Part shown: positions 63,146-64,000 of the stretch, piece after piece
Numbering within the stretch: position 1 is the stretch's first letter
How the letters are laid out: the number at the start of each line of letters is the position of its first letter
DNA from: Bacteroidia bacterium
GTDB lineage: Bacteria > Bacteroidota > Bacteroidia > Bacteroidales > VadinHA17
Length of the DNA: 64,000 bases
NCBI GenBank assembly: GCA_026391215.1
Contig: JAPLDX010000065.1
Coordinates: 330 to 64,329 of the forward strand
Reading direction: 5' to 3'
Translations under genes and position numbers: made by a program
Notes under the pieces: generated by a model
Seen by the model: the letters and a program-made list of their open reading frames with translations, nothing else
Told to the model about the DNA's origin: nothing
Database searches by the model: none

Positions 63146-64000
63146 GTGAAAAAGACACTTCTCTGGCTTCTGGCATTTGTCATTACTGCTGTTGCAGCAT
63201 ATTACCAGAGGAAAACCGGTCCAACCTACCCCAAACGGATCGATGTTTCTCTCAATGGTACTGCATATGAGCTGAAACTTGTCCGAAGCATCGGGCTCGA
63301 TGAACGGCCGGAGGTAAAGCTGAATATCAAAGATACTTCGGTAAAAGCTATCCTATATTATAAAAGGTTCAGAACAGAAGATGAATACAGTAGTACCGGA
63401 TTTTCATATAAAGTGTATCCGGTACATTCATTTCTCATGAATAAGATCTTTAAAGTAACTGAAGAGACAGGTCTTTTTGCTTATGTCCCGCAATTGCCTG
63501 AAGCCGGAAAGCTGCAATATTATGTTGAGCTGACTGATAAGGAGGGAACCAGGGCGATAATGAAAGAATCTCCGGTCATCATCCGTTTCAAGGGCAGTGT
63601 TCCAGGGTTTGTTCTGCTTCCCCACATATTATTAATGTTTATTGCAATGCTTTTCTCGACCCTGACAGGATTGATGAGCATTTTCAAAATCCCCGGATTC
63701 AAAAAATATGGCTTATGGACATTGATCCTGCTGGTTGCAGGAGGTTTGATACTCGGGCCTATAGTGCAGAAATTCGCATTCGGAGATTTATGGACTGGCG
63801 TTCCATTCGGCTGGGATCTTACTGATAATAAAACACTTATTGCAATCCTGTTCTGGCTGATTGCGGTTATCATGAATCATAAGAAAGAGAGACCTGTGTA
63901 CATGGTGCTGGCTGCAGTTGTGCTCCTGGTTGTATTTTCCATCCCTCACAGTCTTTTCGGTTCGGAGCTGGATTACGGCACAGGACAAGTTGTCCAGGGC
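63146..64000 (+). CDS. Hypothetical membrane protein (5' part, runs off window end)
   Basis: GTG at 63146, 1 nt after the rocD stop. The frame stays open for all 285 codons to the window end. N-terminal TM VKKTLLWLLAFVITAVAAYY and three or more C-terminal TM segments. Not in the ORF track because it has no stop. Confidence 0.5.
   Translation, partial: MKKTLLWLLAFVITAVAAYYQRKTGPTYPKRIDVSLNGTAYELKLVRSIGLDERPEVKLNIKDTSVKAILYYKRFRTEDEYSSTGFSYKVYPVHSFLMNKIFKVTEETGLFAYVPQLPEAGKLQYYVELTDKEGTRAIMKESPVIIRFKGSVPGFVLLPHILLMFIAMLFSTLTGLMSIFKIPGFKKYGLWTLILLVAGGLILGPIVQKFAFGDLWTGVPFGWDLTDNKTLIAILFWLIAVIMNHKKERPVYMVLAAVVLLVVFSIPHSLFGSELDYGTGQVVQG

Overview
64-kb chromosomal window with Bacteroidota hallmarks: TAnnTTTG -7 promoter boxes upstream of several genes and Tannerella/Bacteroides-type MurNAc salvage genes. 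In order it contains: (i) three tandem paralogues of giant secreted tail-fibre-like proteins, both complete copies ending in a phage-type S74 intramolecular-chaperone domain (the third is cut by the window edge) (1-8790); (ii) the alternative norspermidine/spermidine pathway (CANSDH + NspC) and TrkH; (iii) a ~27-kb, 18-gene peptidoglycan scavenging/recycling supercluster (13151-40375). It holds AmgK-MurU, MurK-MurQ, AmpG, a GH3-serine hydrolase fusion, a GH9-CE4 fusion, SpoIID, an Amidase_3-like giant, NlpC/P60, a dipeptide epimerase, a NagB-LmbE fusion and a Dld-II-like oxidase, plus uncharacterised DUF4922, double-GT-A and HGSNAT-like genes and a decayed NamZ remnant; (iv) two tRNA-Leu genes, lysC-lysA, housekeeping genes (thrS-infC-rpmI-rplT, lepB, dapB, trmD, rocD) and a sigma54-type two-component module beside an FtsX-type permease. 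The most unusual signal is non-coding. Most larger 3' intergenic gaps are filled by one of two things. One is a modular nested-palindrome element (7 copies; two copies differ by compensatory stem changes). The other is a degenerate 7-9-nt tandem array (cores CAANGG / ACGG) that starts at or within ~10 nt of a stop codon and reads the same way relative to the upstream gene. The same 7-nt phasing runs into the signal-peptide coding regions of the giant proteins, including a perfect (AAGACAC)4 tract. I saw no CRISPR array, transposase, integrase or recognisable defence gene. All family assignments come from motifs read by eye in the supplied translations; no database or HMM search was possible.
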